Shown: piece after piece, positions 1-10,814 of the stretch | Layout: each line of letters begins with the position of its first letter | Position numbering within the stretch: position 1 is the first letter of the stretch | Assembly: GCA_009392275.1 (NCBI GenBank) | Contig: VFGV01000020.1 | Coordinates: 2,207-66,206, forward strand | DNA: 64,000 nt | Source of the DNA: SAR202 cluster bacterium | Lineage (GTDB): Bacteria; Chloroflexota; Dehalococcoidia; Lucifugimonadales; UBA2962 | Direction: 5' to 3' | Made by a program: the position numbers and the translations under genes | Notes under the pieces: generated by a model | The model's database searches: none | What the model was told of the DNA's origin: nothing | Seen by the model: only the letters and a program-made list of their open reading frames with translations

Positions 1-964
1 ACTCCATATCTGCGTCGACCATTATAGAAATCAATCCATCTAGATAAATTTCTGGCTTCCACCCAAGTATATTTGTAGCTTTACTCGGGTCAGCCTTTAA
101 TTCATCCACCTCTATAGGTCTAAGATATCTTTTGTCTAATTTAACGAAATCTCTGTAATCTAACCCTGCATATTCAAATGCTGTTTTTACAAAATCTTTA
201 ACGGAATGGTTTTTACCTGTACCTATCACGAAATCTTGAGGCTCATCTGTCTGAAGCATCATCCACATAGCTTCAACATACTCTGGTGCATAGCCCCAAT
301 CTCTTTTAGCATCTAAATTGCCCAAATATAATGAATCTTGTTTGCCTGCTAAAATTTTGGCTACTGCGCGTGTAACTTTTCTGGTAACAAAAGTTTCTCC
401 ACGTCTCGGACTTTCGTGATTAAACAAAATACCATTAACACAGTGGATTCCATAAGCTTCACGATAAGTGACTGTCATCCAATATGAGTAAACCTTGGCT
501 GCAGCATAAGGACTAAGAGGAGCAAAATTTGTAGATTCGCTTTGTGGTGGAAGCGCAGACCCGAACATCTCACTACTTGAAGCTTGGTAAAAACGTGTTG
601 TTATGCCACTTCTTCTAATGGCTTCTAAAATTCGAATTGTTCCTAAGCCAGTAACATCTCCAGTAAAAGTAGGCATATCGAAACTTACCCTTACATGGCT
701 TTGGGCACCCAAATTGTATATCTCATCAGGCTTTAGGTTATAAATTAAGTTCACTAATTGCTCTGAATTTGTTAAATCACCATGATGCAAAAATAAATTT
801 GTATTGGATTCATGAGGATCTACATAAATATGATCAATTCGAGAGGTATTAAAAGTGCTGGATCGCCTAATAATTCCATGCACTTCGTATCCCTTTGAAA
901 GAAGCATTTCTGCTAAATAAGATCCATCCTGACCTGTAATACCGGTGATTAACGCACGCTTCAA
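1..964 (-). CDS. gmd: GDP-mannose 4,6-dehydratase (runs off the left window edge)
   Basis: Not in the ORF track. Manual translation from TTG at 964 gives [40 protein letters not shown]...; downstream it reads [40 protein letters not shown] and RDWGYA, all Gmd motifs. Confidence 0.95.
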   Translation of the reverse strand, partial: MKRALITGITGQDGSYLAEMLLSKGYEVHGIIRRSSTFNTSRIDHIYVDPHESNTNLFLHHGDLTNSEQLVNLIYNLKPDEIYNLGAQSHVRVSFDMPTFTGDVTGLGTIRILEAIRRSGITTRFYQASSSEMFGSALPPQSESTNFAPLSPYAAAKVYSYWMTVTYREAYGIHCVNGILFNHESPRRGETFVTRKVTRAVAKILAGKQDSLYLGNLDAKRDWGYAPEYVEAMWMMLQTDEPQDFVIGTGKNHSVKDFVKTAFEYAGLDYRDFVKLDKRYLRPIEVDELKADPSKATNILGWKPEIYLDGLISIMVDADME

Positions 965-1209
965 TTCAATTTAACCTTTAAAATAATATTCTGTTCCAAC
1001 ATTTTGCTAACCATTATCTCCTATAACGCGTTTTGTATGGATAGGGATAGTAACTGTAATTTGGTTTAATTAGTAGAAATTAAGATTACTACGGTATCCA
1101 CATGGATTGAAGGTCAATCGAGTCTCAGATACGCTAATTAATTAGAATGGTTTATTACTATAGTGCTAATTCCAATTAATTACTTAGATTTATATATCAG
1201 GAGAAACAA

Positions 1210-2526
1210 ATAACTAAACTTGGAGTAATAGGAGCAGGGCCTGTTGGACTAGTAACAGCAGCAGGCTTCGCATCCTTAGAAAACGAAGTGATGTGCGTCG
1301 AAAGCAACCAGGCTATCCTGTCAGATGTTTCATCCGGGAAAATTCCTATTTTTGAGCCAGAACTTGAAACTCTGGTAAATCAATCTATAGAAAGTAAGAA
1401 GCTACAATTCACAGATCAAATTAAAGATGTACTTGAATTCGCAGAGGTAATATTCATATGTGTGGGTACCCCACAAGGAGAAACCGGCAAAGCAGATCTG
1501 AGTCAAATAGAATCAGTAGCGATTGACATAGCTGAAAATTTGAACGGCTACAAATTACTAGTAGAGAAAAGCACTGTTCCAGTAGGAACGCATATTAGAT
1601 TGAAGAACACTATGTCTACTTACCTAAAAGATAATATCGGCTTTGACATTGCATGTGTACCTGAATTCTTAAGAGAAGGAAACGCGATTAAGGATTTCTT
1701 TAATCCTGATCGAGTAATTCTAGGTGTAGAATCTGAAAATTCACGGCAATTGCTAACGGATATATACCGAAAGTTTGAATGTCCTAAAATTTGGACAAAT
1801 CCCGCGACTGCAGAACTAATAAAATATGCTTCAAACGGGTTCTTAGCGATGAAGATCTCTTACTCGAACATGTTGGCTGATATATGTGAGGCCACGGGCG
1901 CTGATATCGACTCTCTCATAGAAGGAATTGGACAAGATTCAAGAATAGGTAAAGCATTTATTAACCCTGGAGTAGGATATGGGGGAAGCTGTCTACCAAA
2001 AGACGTTAGTGCTTTTATCGATATTTTTGATCAGAATAATGTGAATAACGGGTTACTAAAGGAAGTGGATTCTATTAATCGATTACGGCCACACCGAATA
2101 ATAACAAAATTAAAATCTTCGATACAAAATCTAGCAAATAAGAGAATTGCAGTATGGGGATTAGCTTTCAAACCAAACACGGATGACGTTAGAAACGCAC
2201 CGAGCTTAGAAGTGGTAAGTAAGCTGATCGAAGAAAAAGCCACGGTTAATTGTCATGATCCGCAAGCAACGAATCAATTCAAGAAAGCTTTTAACCAAAA
2301 TTCAAACATAAACTTTTATGATGACATGTATGAAAGTGTAAGAGAATGTGATGCACTTATAATTCTTACTGAGTGGCCTGATTATTTGTCAACTAAATTA
2401 GGCGAATTGAAAGATAAGATGAATAACCCTCTGATTGTGGATGGAAGAGGTATATTTAAACCTAGTGAGATTCAAAAGTCTGGATTCGAATATAAAGCTT
2501 TTGGTTTAAAAGAAAATAATAATTGA
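1210..2526 (+). CDS. ugd: UDP-glucose/GDP-mannose 6-dehydrogenase family protein
   Basis: Motifs ICVGTP, EKSTVP, PEFLREG, catalytic GYGGSCLPKD and GLAFKPNTDDVR. The Rossmann motif KLGVIGAGPVG lies in frame upstream of the tracked start (1288), so the gene probably starts at ATA 1210, just after AGGAGA. Confidence 0.9.
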   Translation: MTKLGVIGAGPVGLVTAAGFASLENEVMCVESNQAILSDVSSGKIPIFEPELETLVNQSIESKKLQFTDQIKDVLEFAEVIFICVGTPQGETGKADLSQIESVAIDIAENLNGYKLLVEKSTVPVGTHIRLKNTMSTYLKDNIGFDIACVPEFLREGNAIKDFFNPDRVILGVESENSRQLLTDIYRKFECPKIWTNPATAELIKYASNGFLAMKISYSNMLADICEATGADIDSLIEGIGQDSRIGKAFINPGVGYGGSCLPKDVSAFIDIFDQNNVNNGLLKEVDSINRLRPHRIITKLKSSIQNLANKRIAVWGLAFKPNTDDVRNAPSLEVVSKLIEEKATVNCHDPQATNQFKKAFNQNSNINFYDDMYESVRECDALIILTEWPDYLSTKLGELKDKMNNPLIVDGRGIFKPSEIQKSGFEYKAFGLKENNN

Positions 2527-2572
2527 TAACTAAGTAATTAATTAACAAAGCAAAACAGGAATTATTGAACTA

Positions 2573-4735
2573 GTGAGACAGGTACTTATAAATAAGCAGG
2601 GCAAATTGACCGTTGCTGACATCCCAGCTCCAACAGTTGAGCCAGGTAAAGTTTTAGTTAGAACAGAATATTCTGTGATTAGTCCGGGCACTGAAGTTGC
2701 CACCATTAAACATCATAGCGCTGGACTTGTATCTAAGGCCATATCCAAGCCAGAATTAATAGGCAAGGTTGCTGATCAGGTTATGAAAAAGGGAGCAAAA
2801 GAAACGGTTGAATTTCTAAAAGATAACCTTACTCGTTGGACAGCTCTTGGGTATAGCGCATCTGGCACTATTTTAGAAGTTGGTGAAGGCGTCTCGAAAC
2901 TAAAAGCGGGAGACAAAGTAGCATGTATTGGGGCTGAATATGCTTACCATGCAGATATCATATGTGTCCCTGAAAATTTGGCAGTCCATGTACCTCAGGA
3001 AGTGAGTTTTAAAAATGCTGCTTTTGCGCCGATAGCAGCTATAGCTATGCAGGCCACCCGTAAATGTGAAATCTCGATAGGTGAAACTGCGGCTGTAATT
3101 GGTTTAGGTTTGGTAGGGCTCTTAGCATGTCGAATATTAAGTCTTAGTGGATGTCATGTAATAGGGATTGATCCAAGCGAAAACCGCAGAAAACTTGCTA
3201 TGAAAATGGGGGCGATTGATTCAGTCGCAGGCAACGAAGCGAGCAAATCATTGATCGAATCTCACACTACTGGATTGGGTGTCGATGTCTCGGTAATTAC
3301 AGCGGCATCAGAAACAAGTGAGCCATTAATTCTTGGGGCAGAGCTCTGTAGAGAGGGCGGCAAATTAGTGGTGGTGGGAGATGTAAAACTAGATATTGAC
3401 CGTAACATCATGTACCGAAAAGAACTCGATCTTATAATGTCTAGATCCACAGGTCCCGGAAGGTATGACTTCGACTATGAGAATAAGGGGCTAGATTATC
3501 CCAGCCAATATGTTAGATGGACAGAAGCTGGCAATGTCGATTCCTGCCTTAAACTTATGGCTAATGAGTCCCTAGATGTTAATCCCATTATTACCACTCA
3601 AATAACTGTAGATAATATAGATAAAGCTTACGAGCTTCTTTCCACACAAGATTCAACAGTGGCAGTATTAATAAGTTATTCAGAATCATCAAAAAAGTCT
3701 AACCTCTCTACTAAATTAGATATAAAGCCATTAAAGCCTTTAGATTCTAGTGTGATTGGAGCAGCAGTAATCGGAACAGGGGAATTTTCTAAAGCTATTA
3801 CTTTGCCTGTTATTCGCGCAAGTAATGATTTCAATTTAATAGGAGTAGCAAATCGAACTGGTCATACAGCAGAACATGCTGCACGAGTATTCGGTGCAAG
3901 CTACGCAACTACCAATAGCAAAACATTGTTTAAGGATGAATCTGTACAAGCAATTTGGATAAACACAGCTCACAACAGCCATGCAAGCTTAGCGATTCAA
4001 GCAATTAATTCCGGTAAACATGTCTTTCTTGAAAAACCGATAGCTCTAAATATAAAAGACGCTCAGAAAGTCCTTAATACTTCTTTGAAATCAGATACTC
4101 AATTGATGTTGGGATTTAACAGACGGTTTGCTCCAGCATCTCTATACGCATCAACCATCTCGAAGGAGGCTCAAAGCGCAAAGCACATAATTTATAGAGT
4201 AAGGGGCGATTCCATACCAAAAAACCATTGGCTTAATGATGATGAAATTGGAGGAGGCAGATTGCTAGGAGAAGCAGTCCATTTCTTAGACTGGATGACT
4301 TGGATAATAGACAAAGAACCGATAAGTGTGCAAGCAACCCAATCCGGTAGTGACCCCAATAGCTTTAGTATCACATTGTCATATGCAGATGGAAGCTTAG
4401 GCACAGTAGTGTATTCAATGATGGGATCTCCAGACATGCAAAAAGAAAGTATAGACATATTAATGGGTAATACAACCTTAGTGATCGATAATTTCGAAAA
4501 AGTTAAGGTTTGTAAAAAGGGTAAAAGAGATAAATATTTGAAATTAAGTGGCAAAGGACATAAAGAACAACTAGTATCTTTTCTAAAATCCATCAACACA
4601 GGAACTCGAGCTCACCCCAACGCCTCGGATGGTGTAAGGGCCACAGCTTGTGCGATTGCTGCTTTGAAATCGATTAGAAATGGTTGCTCGGAAATATTAG
4701 ATCCGTCCTTATGGGCCATAAAAGAATCCTCATGA
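2573..4735 (+). CDS. Bi-domain oxidoreductase (MDR/Zn-ADH-like fused to Gfo/Idh/MocA), typical of polysaccharide loci
   Basis: N-terminal half has ISPGTE, LGYSASG, GLGLVG and SRSTGPGRYD. C-terminal half has VIGTGEF, HVFLEKP, GFNRRF and GGGRLLGEAVHF. Confidence 0.88.
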   Translation: MRQVLINKQGKLTVADIPAPTVEPGKVLVRTEYSVISPGTEVATIKHHSAGLVSKAISKPELIGKVADQVMKKGAKETVEFLKDNLTRWTALGYSASGTILEVGEGVSKLKAGDKVACIGAEYAYHADIICVPENLAVHVPQEVSFKNAAFAPIAAIAMQATRKCEISIGETAAVIGLGLVGLLACRILSLSGCHVIGIDPSENRRKLAMKMGAIDSVAGNEASKSLIESHTTGLGVDVSVITAASETSEPLILGAELCREGGKLVVVGDVKLDIDRNIMYRKELDLIMSRSTGPGRYDFDYENKGLDYPSQYVRWTEAGNVDSCLKLMANESLDVNPIITTQITVDNIDKAYELLSTQDSTVAVLISYSESSKKSNLSTKLDIKPLKPLDSSVIGAAVIGTGEFSKAITLPVIRASNDFNLIGVANRTGHTAEHAARVFGASYATTNSKTLFKDESVQAIWINTAHNSHASLAIQAINSGKHVFLEKPIALNIKDAQKVLNTSLKSDTQLMLGFNRRFAPASLYASTISKEAQSAKHIIYRVRGDSIPKNHWLNDDEIGGGRLLGEAVHFLDWMTWIIDKEPISVQATQSGSDPNSFSITLSYADGSLGTVVYSMMGSPDMQKESIDILMGNTTLVIDNFEKVKVCKKGKRDKYLKLSGKGHKEQLVSFLKSINTGTRAHPNASDGVRATACAIAALKSIRNGCSEILDPSLWAIKESS

Positions 4736-5736
4736 AAACATATATCGTAACTGGCTGTGCAGGAATGATCGGTTGGCGTGTAACCGAATTGCTTATTAGC
4801 AATGGAGCGAATGTTCTTGGGATTGATGACTTAAATCAAGCTTATGACAATCGAATTAAAATTTGGCGCCTTTCACAACTTAAAAAACATCCGGGTTTTG
4901 AATTTTATGAAAGTGATATTACTCAATTAGAGACACTAAATAGCATATTCGATAAACAGTCCAAGGCCAAAAGTTTTGACGGATTAATCCACCTAGCCGC
5001 CAGAGCTGGAGTTCGCCAATCCATACTAGATCCAAAGGATTATTATTCTGTTAATTTGAACGGGACACTAAACTTGTTAGAGGCCTGTAAAGATTTAAAT
5101 GTAGCAAAATTTGTCCTTGCTTCTACTTCTAGCATATACGGCGATGGAACCTCTTCATTATCTATTGATAATCGACTATCAGAAGATTTGAGAACTGATA
5201 GCCCAATATCACCATATGCTGCTTCAAAAAAAGCAGCTGAAGTATGTGCATACACGTTCCACCACCTATATGGAATAGATGTTTCAGTGCTTAGATACTT
5301 TACAGTTTACGGCCCTGCAGGTCGCCCAGACATGAGTCTTTTTAGATTTGTACAGAAAATCTATGAGGGCTGGCCGATTACCGTTTTTGGAGATGGCACG
5401 CAATCAAGAGACTTTACTTATGTTGATGATATTGCCAGAGGTACTCTCGCATCTTTAAAACGACTTGACTTCGAGATAATAAATCTGGGTTCAGGAATAC
5501 CGATAGTGCTTTTAGACGCAATCAAAACTATTGAATCAGTCATCGGAAAAAAAGCGATAATTACCAATGAACCTGCTCATCCTACTGATGTAAAAGAGAC
5601 TTGGGCCGATAATTCAAAAGCACAGGAAATACTTAATTGGTCGCCTGAAGTTAGCTTCGAAAATGGCGTCAAAGAATTGGTAGATTGGTACCAGAAAAAC
5701 CAAACCTGGGCACGTGAACTAAACTCGGTTTCCTAA
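4732..5736 (+). CDS. NAD-dependent nucleotide-sugar epimerase (UDP-glucuronate 4-epimerase-like)
   Basis: VTGCAGMIG, HLAARAGVR, ASTSSIYG, SPYAASKK, RYFTVYGPAGRPDM and RDFTYVDD. ATG at 4732 overlaps the upstream stop (ATGA). Confidence 0.88.
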   Translation: MKTYIVTGCAGMIGWRVTELLISNGANVLGIDDLNQAYDNRIKIWRLSQLKKHPGFEFYESDITQLETLNSIFDKQSKAKSFDGLIHLAARAGVRQSILDPKDYYSVNLNGTLNLLEACKDLNVAKFVLASTSSIYGDGTSSLSIDNRLSEDLRTDSPISPYAASKKAAEVCAYTFHHLYGIDVSVLRYFTVYGPAGRPDMSLFRFVQKIYEGWPITVFGDGTQSRDFTYVDDIARGTLASLKRLDFEIINLGSGIPIVLLDAIKTIESVIGKKAIITNEPAHPTDVKETWADNSKAQEILNWSPEVSFENGVKELVDWYQKNQTWARELNSVS

Positions 5737-5792
5737 TTTAATTTCATTTCAATATAATGGGCATCAGGTTATGGTTCTATTATTAAAGTGAG

Positions 5793-6719
5793 TTGGTTGA
5801 GATGAATATGAAACAGATGGCACTTATTGCCAATTCAACACATGAGCTTGAGTATCGACTTGATGTTTTTAAAAACATACCCGGAGACATAATGCCAAAG
5901 TCGGTCAGGCCTGAAGATCTCAGAAAATTAGGCATTTACGCTGGAGCGGCCGGTTTTTGGTTGGATAAAAGTCGAACTAAAACCATGACAGACGATGGTG
6001 CAGGTGTCACAGTTTCCGCATTAGTAACCGGTAAATCTTACGAAAACGATTTCGATAGCGACGGCTTGATATATGAGTATCCACAATCAATACGATCTTC
6101 AGCCTATGATCAATCTAGAATCCAAGCGACTAAAACAGCCGGACTACTTAAGCTCCCAATTTTCGTTGTAATAAAGCCAACATCTAATTCAACACACCGA
6201 GATGTTTTCTTAGGCTGGATTGAAGCTTGGGATGATATTTCAAAATTATTTCTTATTAGTTTTGGACTCGAAGCTCCTAAAGAAATTCCAAATGGAACTG
6301 ATAATGATGATGATCCATTCACATTTACCTCATCAAACAGACTATCCGATGCGAAATCCAAAAATATCAGCGAGCGTAAATTTCGCTTCAAAATTATGAG
6401 AAGATATAAAAAAGTCTGTATGTTATGTGACATAAAGGTTACTGAGCTATTGACTGCAACACATATACGACCACCAAGTAAACTGGGATCCGATGATGTT
6501 AGGAACGGTTTGCTGCTTTGCAATCTTCACGATAAGGCTTTTACCGAAGGGTTGTTCAGTATTAATCCTTTAACTTATGAAATTACATACCGTAATGTTG
6601 GACCAGATAGAAATGAGCTCAATATAATTAATCAAGACCTATCTCAGCTTCCGCGAAAACCACATATTAAAGCGTTGAAGTGGCATTGGAATCAGTGGTT
6701 ATCTAAAAACAGGTTATAG
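5793..6719 (+). CDS. HNH endonuclease with N-terminal SRA/PUA-like domain (candidate modification-dependent restriction nuclease)
   Basis: C-terminal CMLC...ATHIRP...DDVRNGLLLCNLHDKAF is an HNH motif. N-terminal GIYAGAAGFW...VSALVTGKSYENDFDSDGLIYEYP resembles an SRA signature. Start may be 5802 or 5808. Confidence 0.7.
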   Translation: MVEMNMKQMALIANSTHELEYRLDVFKNIPGDIMPKSVRPEDLRKLGIYAGAAGFWLDKSRTKTMTDDGAGVTVSALVTGKSYENDFDSDGLIYEYPQSIRSSAYDQSRIQATKTAGLLKLPIFVVIKPTSNSTHRDVFLGWIEAWDDISKLFLISFGLEAPKEIPNGTDNDDDPFTFTSSNRLSDAKSKNISERKFRFKIMRRYKKVCMLCDIKVTELLTATHIRPPSKLGSDDVRNGLLLCNLHDKAFTEGLFSINPLTYEITYRNVGPDRNELNIINQDLSQLPRKPHIKALKWHWNQWLSKNRL

Positions 6720-6741
6720 AGTTTATCTATGGAGAAAATAA

Positions 6742-7293
6742 ATGGAAAGTAAGAAGACAGAATTAGCGACCTTGGGCGGTGGTTGCTTCTGGTGCCTAGA
6801 AGCAGTTTATGAGCAGGTAAATGGAGTAGATAAAGTTGTTTCTGGTTATTCAGGCGGTAGCCTAGAAAACCCAACCTATGAACAAGTATGCTCAGAAACC
6901 ACCGGCCATGCCGAGGTGGTTCAAGTAACTTTCAATACAGAAGTAATATCCTATGACAAAATTTTACGGATATTTTTTGCTATTCACGACCCAACCACGT
7001 TAAACCGGCAAGGATATGACATTGGTTCTTCATATAGATCTGTTATCTTTCATCATTCAGAGGAACAAAAGAACACTAGTGAAACAATAATGAAAGAGTT
7101 GGATAATGGAGGCATTTGGGATAATCCGATAGTAACTGAAATAAAACCATTAGATGTTTTTTATGTTGCTGAAGGATACCATCAAAATTATTACCAAAAT
7201 AACAAATACCAGCCGTATTGCCAGGGTATTATATCGCCAAAATTAGCAAAGTTCAGAAAAGAATATTTGAGCGACCTGAAATCTGGCAATTAA
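6742..7293 (+). CDS. msrA: Peptide-methionine (S)-S-oxide reductase
   Basis: GGGCFWCLE, GYSGG, TGHAEVVQV, HDPTTLNRQG and AEGYHQNYY. Confidence 0.97.
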   Translation: MESKKTELATLGGGCFWCLEAVYEQVNGVDKVVSGYSGGSLENPTYEQVCSETTGHAEVVQVTFNTEVISYDKILRIFFAIHDPTTLNRQGYDIGSSYRSVIFHHSEEQKNTSETIMKELDNGGIWDNPIVTEIKPLDVFYVAEGYHQNYYQNNKYQPYCQGIISPKLAKFRKEYLSDLKSGN

Positions 7294-7304
7294 CTTAAAG
7301 CCGT

Positions 7305-7907
7305 CTAATAAGCTTTACGAGGATCGTCTCCATATGCGTTAGGACCATCATTCCCTTGGCGTGTATACCAATAGATTAATAAAACAAAAATAATTAATGT
7401 AAATACTACTAAGATAGAGATCGCTGTGCCATAAAAAGCCCAATTATGTAAATCACCAATCCAGGATACCAAAGCTATAATTATCCCTATGGCAACCGGT
7501 AAAAGCCAAACTAGTTGCCACCAACCACTTTTATTAATATCGTGAAGCCTTCTAGTAGCCAGAGAGATTGATGGGATTAAAAGTGCCAGGCCGAGTAATG
7601 TCCCTAATATGCCTGGTAAACCGGCAGCTGCATCTACAATTGAACCAACTATCTGTATAGCAACATTAAAAAGCTGCCACCACCAAAATTCTGAACGAGT
7701 TGCCCTTCCGCTAAAAACAAAATAATTGTTGAATCCTTTTTTTATTGCTTCTTGAAAACTGACCATCGGCAAAGAATTTGGTTCAGATTGGGAAGAGGTT
7801 TCATGAGATACAATTGATTCTGAATTCGGCCTCCCGACTGCCACACCACAAATTCCACAAAATTTTGCTTCTTCAGTGAGTGAATTATTACATTTTTCAC
7901 ATATCAT
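7305..7907 (-). CDS. DUF805 membrane protein with N-terminal zinc ribbon
   Basis: CEKC...FCGICG zinc ribbon; FSGRATRSEFWW and RRLHDINKSGWW, plus C-terminal GPNAYG, are DUF805 motifs. Confidence 0.88.
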   Translation of the reverse strand: MICEKCNNSLTEEAKFCGICGVAVGRPNSESIVSHETSSQSEPNSLPMVSFQEAIKKGFNNYFVFSGRATRSEFWWWQLFNVAIQIVGSIVDAAAGLPGILGTLLGLALLIPSISLATRRLHDINKSGWWQLVWLLPVAIGIIIALVSWIGDLHNWAFYGTAISILVVFTLIIFVLLIYWYTRQGNDGPNAYGDDPRKAY

Positions 7908-7916
7908 GTAATTAGA

Positions 7917-10814
7917 TTACTTTGTCGGTTTAAACGCTAGCATACGGGTAGAAAACTTAAATTCTCCAACCCATAAGTGTGATCCATCCCACTCAACTGT
8001 ATTAGCCATTTTTATTGAATTAGCGTCTTTGGTTCCCTGTCCATCACCTAAAGTCACGGTGGGGCTCATTCCTGATAATGCATCCTCTATTGAATCCCAT
8101 CCCACTACTTTATTATCACCCTGCTGAGTAATAAAAAATCCTATATCAGTTAAAGCGGCACTTTGAGCAAATGAAGTATATCCCGGCACGATTCTTAGAT
8201 TACCCGTGCCCAATTCAGTAAATTTAATTGCTTTCACGCTAGCACCGTCAGCTGGATACGCTGCGATTACCAACCATTCATTATCCGCATCTAACCGGCC
8301 GGGGCTCTGTGACATATCAAACTGGTACTTTGGTTCGTCATTTTGACTTGGTATGCCTTCCCAAACCCAGACCTTATTCAGCTGAGAGCTAGACAATGCA
8401 AAATACGTTCCATTGTATGCAACGCCTCTTAGGTCCTGTAACTGAATTGATCCAATGTTGCCATCTATTTCAATCTCCGGTAATTCACCAGTACCATCAA
8501 AATTTTTCCAGCCATATATGCCTGTATTTCCAGCTAAAAAGACAGTGTCCTCATACACGGAAATATCCCATGGCGCATTTTCAAATCTCCGATAAAACAG
8601 ATCCGGTACTGCCCCAGATTCACCTGGTATTTTATTCCACACCGATAGAGATCTATCAAAGTCAGATGCCACAAATAAACGCTTGCCATTTGAACCAGGC
8701 ACACCATTTTGGATAAGCCAGTTTTCGTAATATGGGTTTACATCAGGTGAGGTTGCTCCTAATGACCAATCAGGGCTCTGGTCAGGGCCGTCAGGTAATG
8801 CATTGTAGACAGATACCCTTCCTCCATTATATTCAACTACAAACAGCTTCCCATCAACATATTCCGCATCGTTTCCATCACCGCCTTGCCATCTGTGTCC
8901 TACTCCTGGCAAAGCTTCACGCTTATTGCTCGAAGCCTCCTCGGTTGTCCCGGGCAGCTGATCCCACCAAGCCAGACTTTCGCCTCCTTGCTGTATTGCA
9001 ACTAACTTCTCACCGATAATTGTTCCGCCAACCCAGCCAGACAGACAGGCATCCGGCGCTTGATTAGTTTTAGTTGGCCAACTTGCCCAAATATGGCTAA
9101 CCGCTCCGTCGCGACATTCAGTCTTACCGTTTTCATCACCAGTCAAAATGTACTCCCCATTTGAGACAATCATTCTTGGAGTACCCATTCCCGCATATTT
9201 AATATGCAGATCCGGCTGAACAGAGCCTGATGAAGGGAATGAATTCCAAATAATAAGCTTGCTGCCATTATCCCCGCCTCCAGTTACAGCAATGATGACC
9301 TTTTCTCCATTAGTCCAAACTCCCCACGGCCATGCACTTTGTGTGCGTATAAGTGAATCGATATTAATTTCGAAGTCGGCTGCTTGCCCTGAAACGGACG
9401 GGAAACTAGTCCATACAAGAATTCGATTATTATTGGAATCTGCTACTAAAACTTTACCGTCAGGAGACATAGTTACTTGGCCTGGAAAGTCTAAGCCATC
9501 TAACCCTTTACCCTCTAACTGAGTTTCAAAATTAGCCTGTCCTAAAACCAGATCTGGAGCAACATTACTTGATGGAATAGATGTCCATATTAAAACTCTG
9601 TTATTGTTTCTGTCAGTTACCGCTAAGCGCGTACCATCGGTTGCTATTGAAACTGGATGGTTAAATAGAGATGGTCCTCCAGATTTATTAAAACCATACC
9701 CAGACAGCCATAGTGAAGCATCTTGACCAACAGTAAATGATGTTTTTGACGATGGCTCCGCCTCTATATAAGACGAGGATTGCTGTTTCACAGTCAAAGC
9801 ATAATATCCATCCGGATCATTTTGCGGCCCATCGCTAGGCTGTCCCTCTCCTCCATCAGGAGAACCATGTTGACCACCTTCCTGAGCAGATGACAAAAGA
9901 ATTTCTACATCAGCGCCTACTGCTAATAGACACAATGCTGCTTCGTCATGCATGTTTCCAGTAATTTCATCCTGATTTCTTAGCAAATCCATGTCTATTG
10001 ACTGACTTAAACAGATGTCAAAACCTGGAGGCCAAGGAATACGGCGTGTCAAAACATCATGAGTTAAATTCGATGGATACATTTGAACTGCTAATGCTAT
10101 GTCACCCTGACGCTCATCCATGCTTCGGTCTTCAGATTCACGATCCATTTCATCGGATTCAGGTCTCCTGTCTTCATCCGAAGGTCTATCCCTTTCATCA
10201 CTTTCTGATCGACGATCGTCATCTGGGGGGCCATCCGGTTCAGGTCCTCTTCCAACTGATTCTGAAAACATTAAAGAACTTGGATCAATGTCGAGTATCA
10301 AAAGACACATAGCTGCTGCATCATGGATAGGAATCGAAAAAGATCTGGCATCTCGCAAGGAATTCATGTCTATTCCCGATCGGCTCAAACACATATCAAA
10401 TCCCTGAGGCCAAGCCCTAGGATCTGTAAGTAACTGCTGCGTTAAATCAAAAGGGTACCTTTGCTGGGCTAAGGCCAAATCGTCTTTCTGGTCTGGTTCT
10501 GGAACAGGATCAGAAACTCCCATCTCTGCCTGATCGATAGCCTGTGATTCCTCAACAACGCTGGTATCTACAGCTTGCTCGGGGGTGACTGATTCCTGTG
10601 CTTCGACGACATTCGTGTTAGCAGACGGAGTTTCGGTATCTGTTCCTGAAATATCAGGAGTGTCGCTGGTGGAATCTTGCTGAGAATCATTTGAATCAGA
10701 AACTTGCCTCTGAGATTCAACCTGAGGCTCGCTAGCCGGAGTTGACCCTGCGCATGCAAATAAACTGAGAATAGTAAACAGGGTAAAAGTATAGAAACTT
10801 ATTCTTAGAATTAT
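7917..10814 (-). CDS. Large lipoprotein with acidic linker, two copies of an unknown Cys-containing domain and NHL-repeat beta-propeller(s)
   Basis: The frame stays open 97 codons upstream of the tracked start (10523) to ATA 10814 after GAGG, giving a signal peptide with lipobox LFAC. C-terminal repeats VTDRNNNRVLIW, VADSNNNRILVW and PDLVLGQ are NHL-like. Confidence 0.8.
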   Translation of the reverse strand: MILRISFYTFTLFTILSLFACAGSTPASEPQVESQRQVSDSNDSQQDSTSDTPDISGTDTETPSANTNVVEAQESVTPEQAVDTSVVEESQAIDQAEMGVSDPVPEPDQKDDLALAQQRYPFDLTQQLLTDPRAWPQGFDMCLSRSGIDMNSLRDARSFSIPIHDAAAMCLLILDIDPSSLMFSESVGRGPEPDGPPDDDRRSESDERDRPSDEDRRPESDEMDRESEDRSMDERQGDIALAVQMYPSNLTHDVLTRRIPWPPGFDICLSQSIDMDLLRNQDEITGNMHDEAALCLLAVGADVEILLSSAQEGGQHGSPDGGEGQPSDGPQNDPDGYYALTVKQQSSSYIEAEPSSKTSFTVGQDASLWLSGYGFNKSGGPSLFNHPVSIATDGTRLAVTDRNNNRVLIWTSIPSSNVAPDLVLGQANFETQLEGKGLDGLDFPGQVTMSPDGKVLVADSNNNRILVWTSFPSVSGQAADFEINIDSLIRTQSAWPWGVWTNGEKVIIAVTGGGDNGSKLIIWNSFPSSGSVQPDLHIKYAGMGTPRMIVSNGEYILTGDENGKTECRDGAVSHIWASWPTKTNQAPDACLSGWVGGTIIGEKLVAIQQGGESLAWWDQLPGTTEEASSNKREALPGVGHRWQGGDGNDAEYVDGKLFVVEYNGGRVSVYNALPDGPDQSPDWSLGATSPDVNPYYENWLIQNGVPGSNGKRLFVASDFDRSLSVWNKIPGESGAVPDLFYRRFENAPWDISVYEDTVFLAGNTGIYGWKNFDGTGELPEIEIDGNIGSIQLQDLRGVAYNGTYFALSSSQLNKVWVWEGIPSQNDEPKYQFDMSQSPGRLDADNEWLVIAAYPADGASVKAIKFTELGTGNLRIVPGYTSFAQSAALTDIGFFITQQGDNKVVGWDSIEDALSGMSPTVTLGDGQGTKDANSIKMANTVEWDGSHLWVGEFKFSTRMLAFKPTK

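Noticed and set aside
9753-9761. TGGCTCCGC matching the tRNA-Asn 3' end (possible att site)
   Set aside because: Only 9 bp, inside a coding region, and no integrase; consistent with chance.
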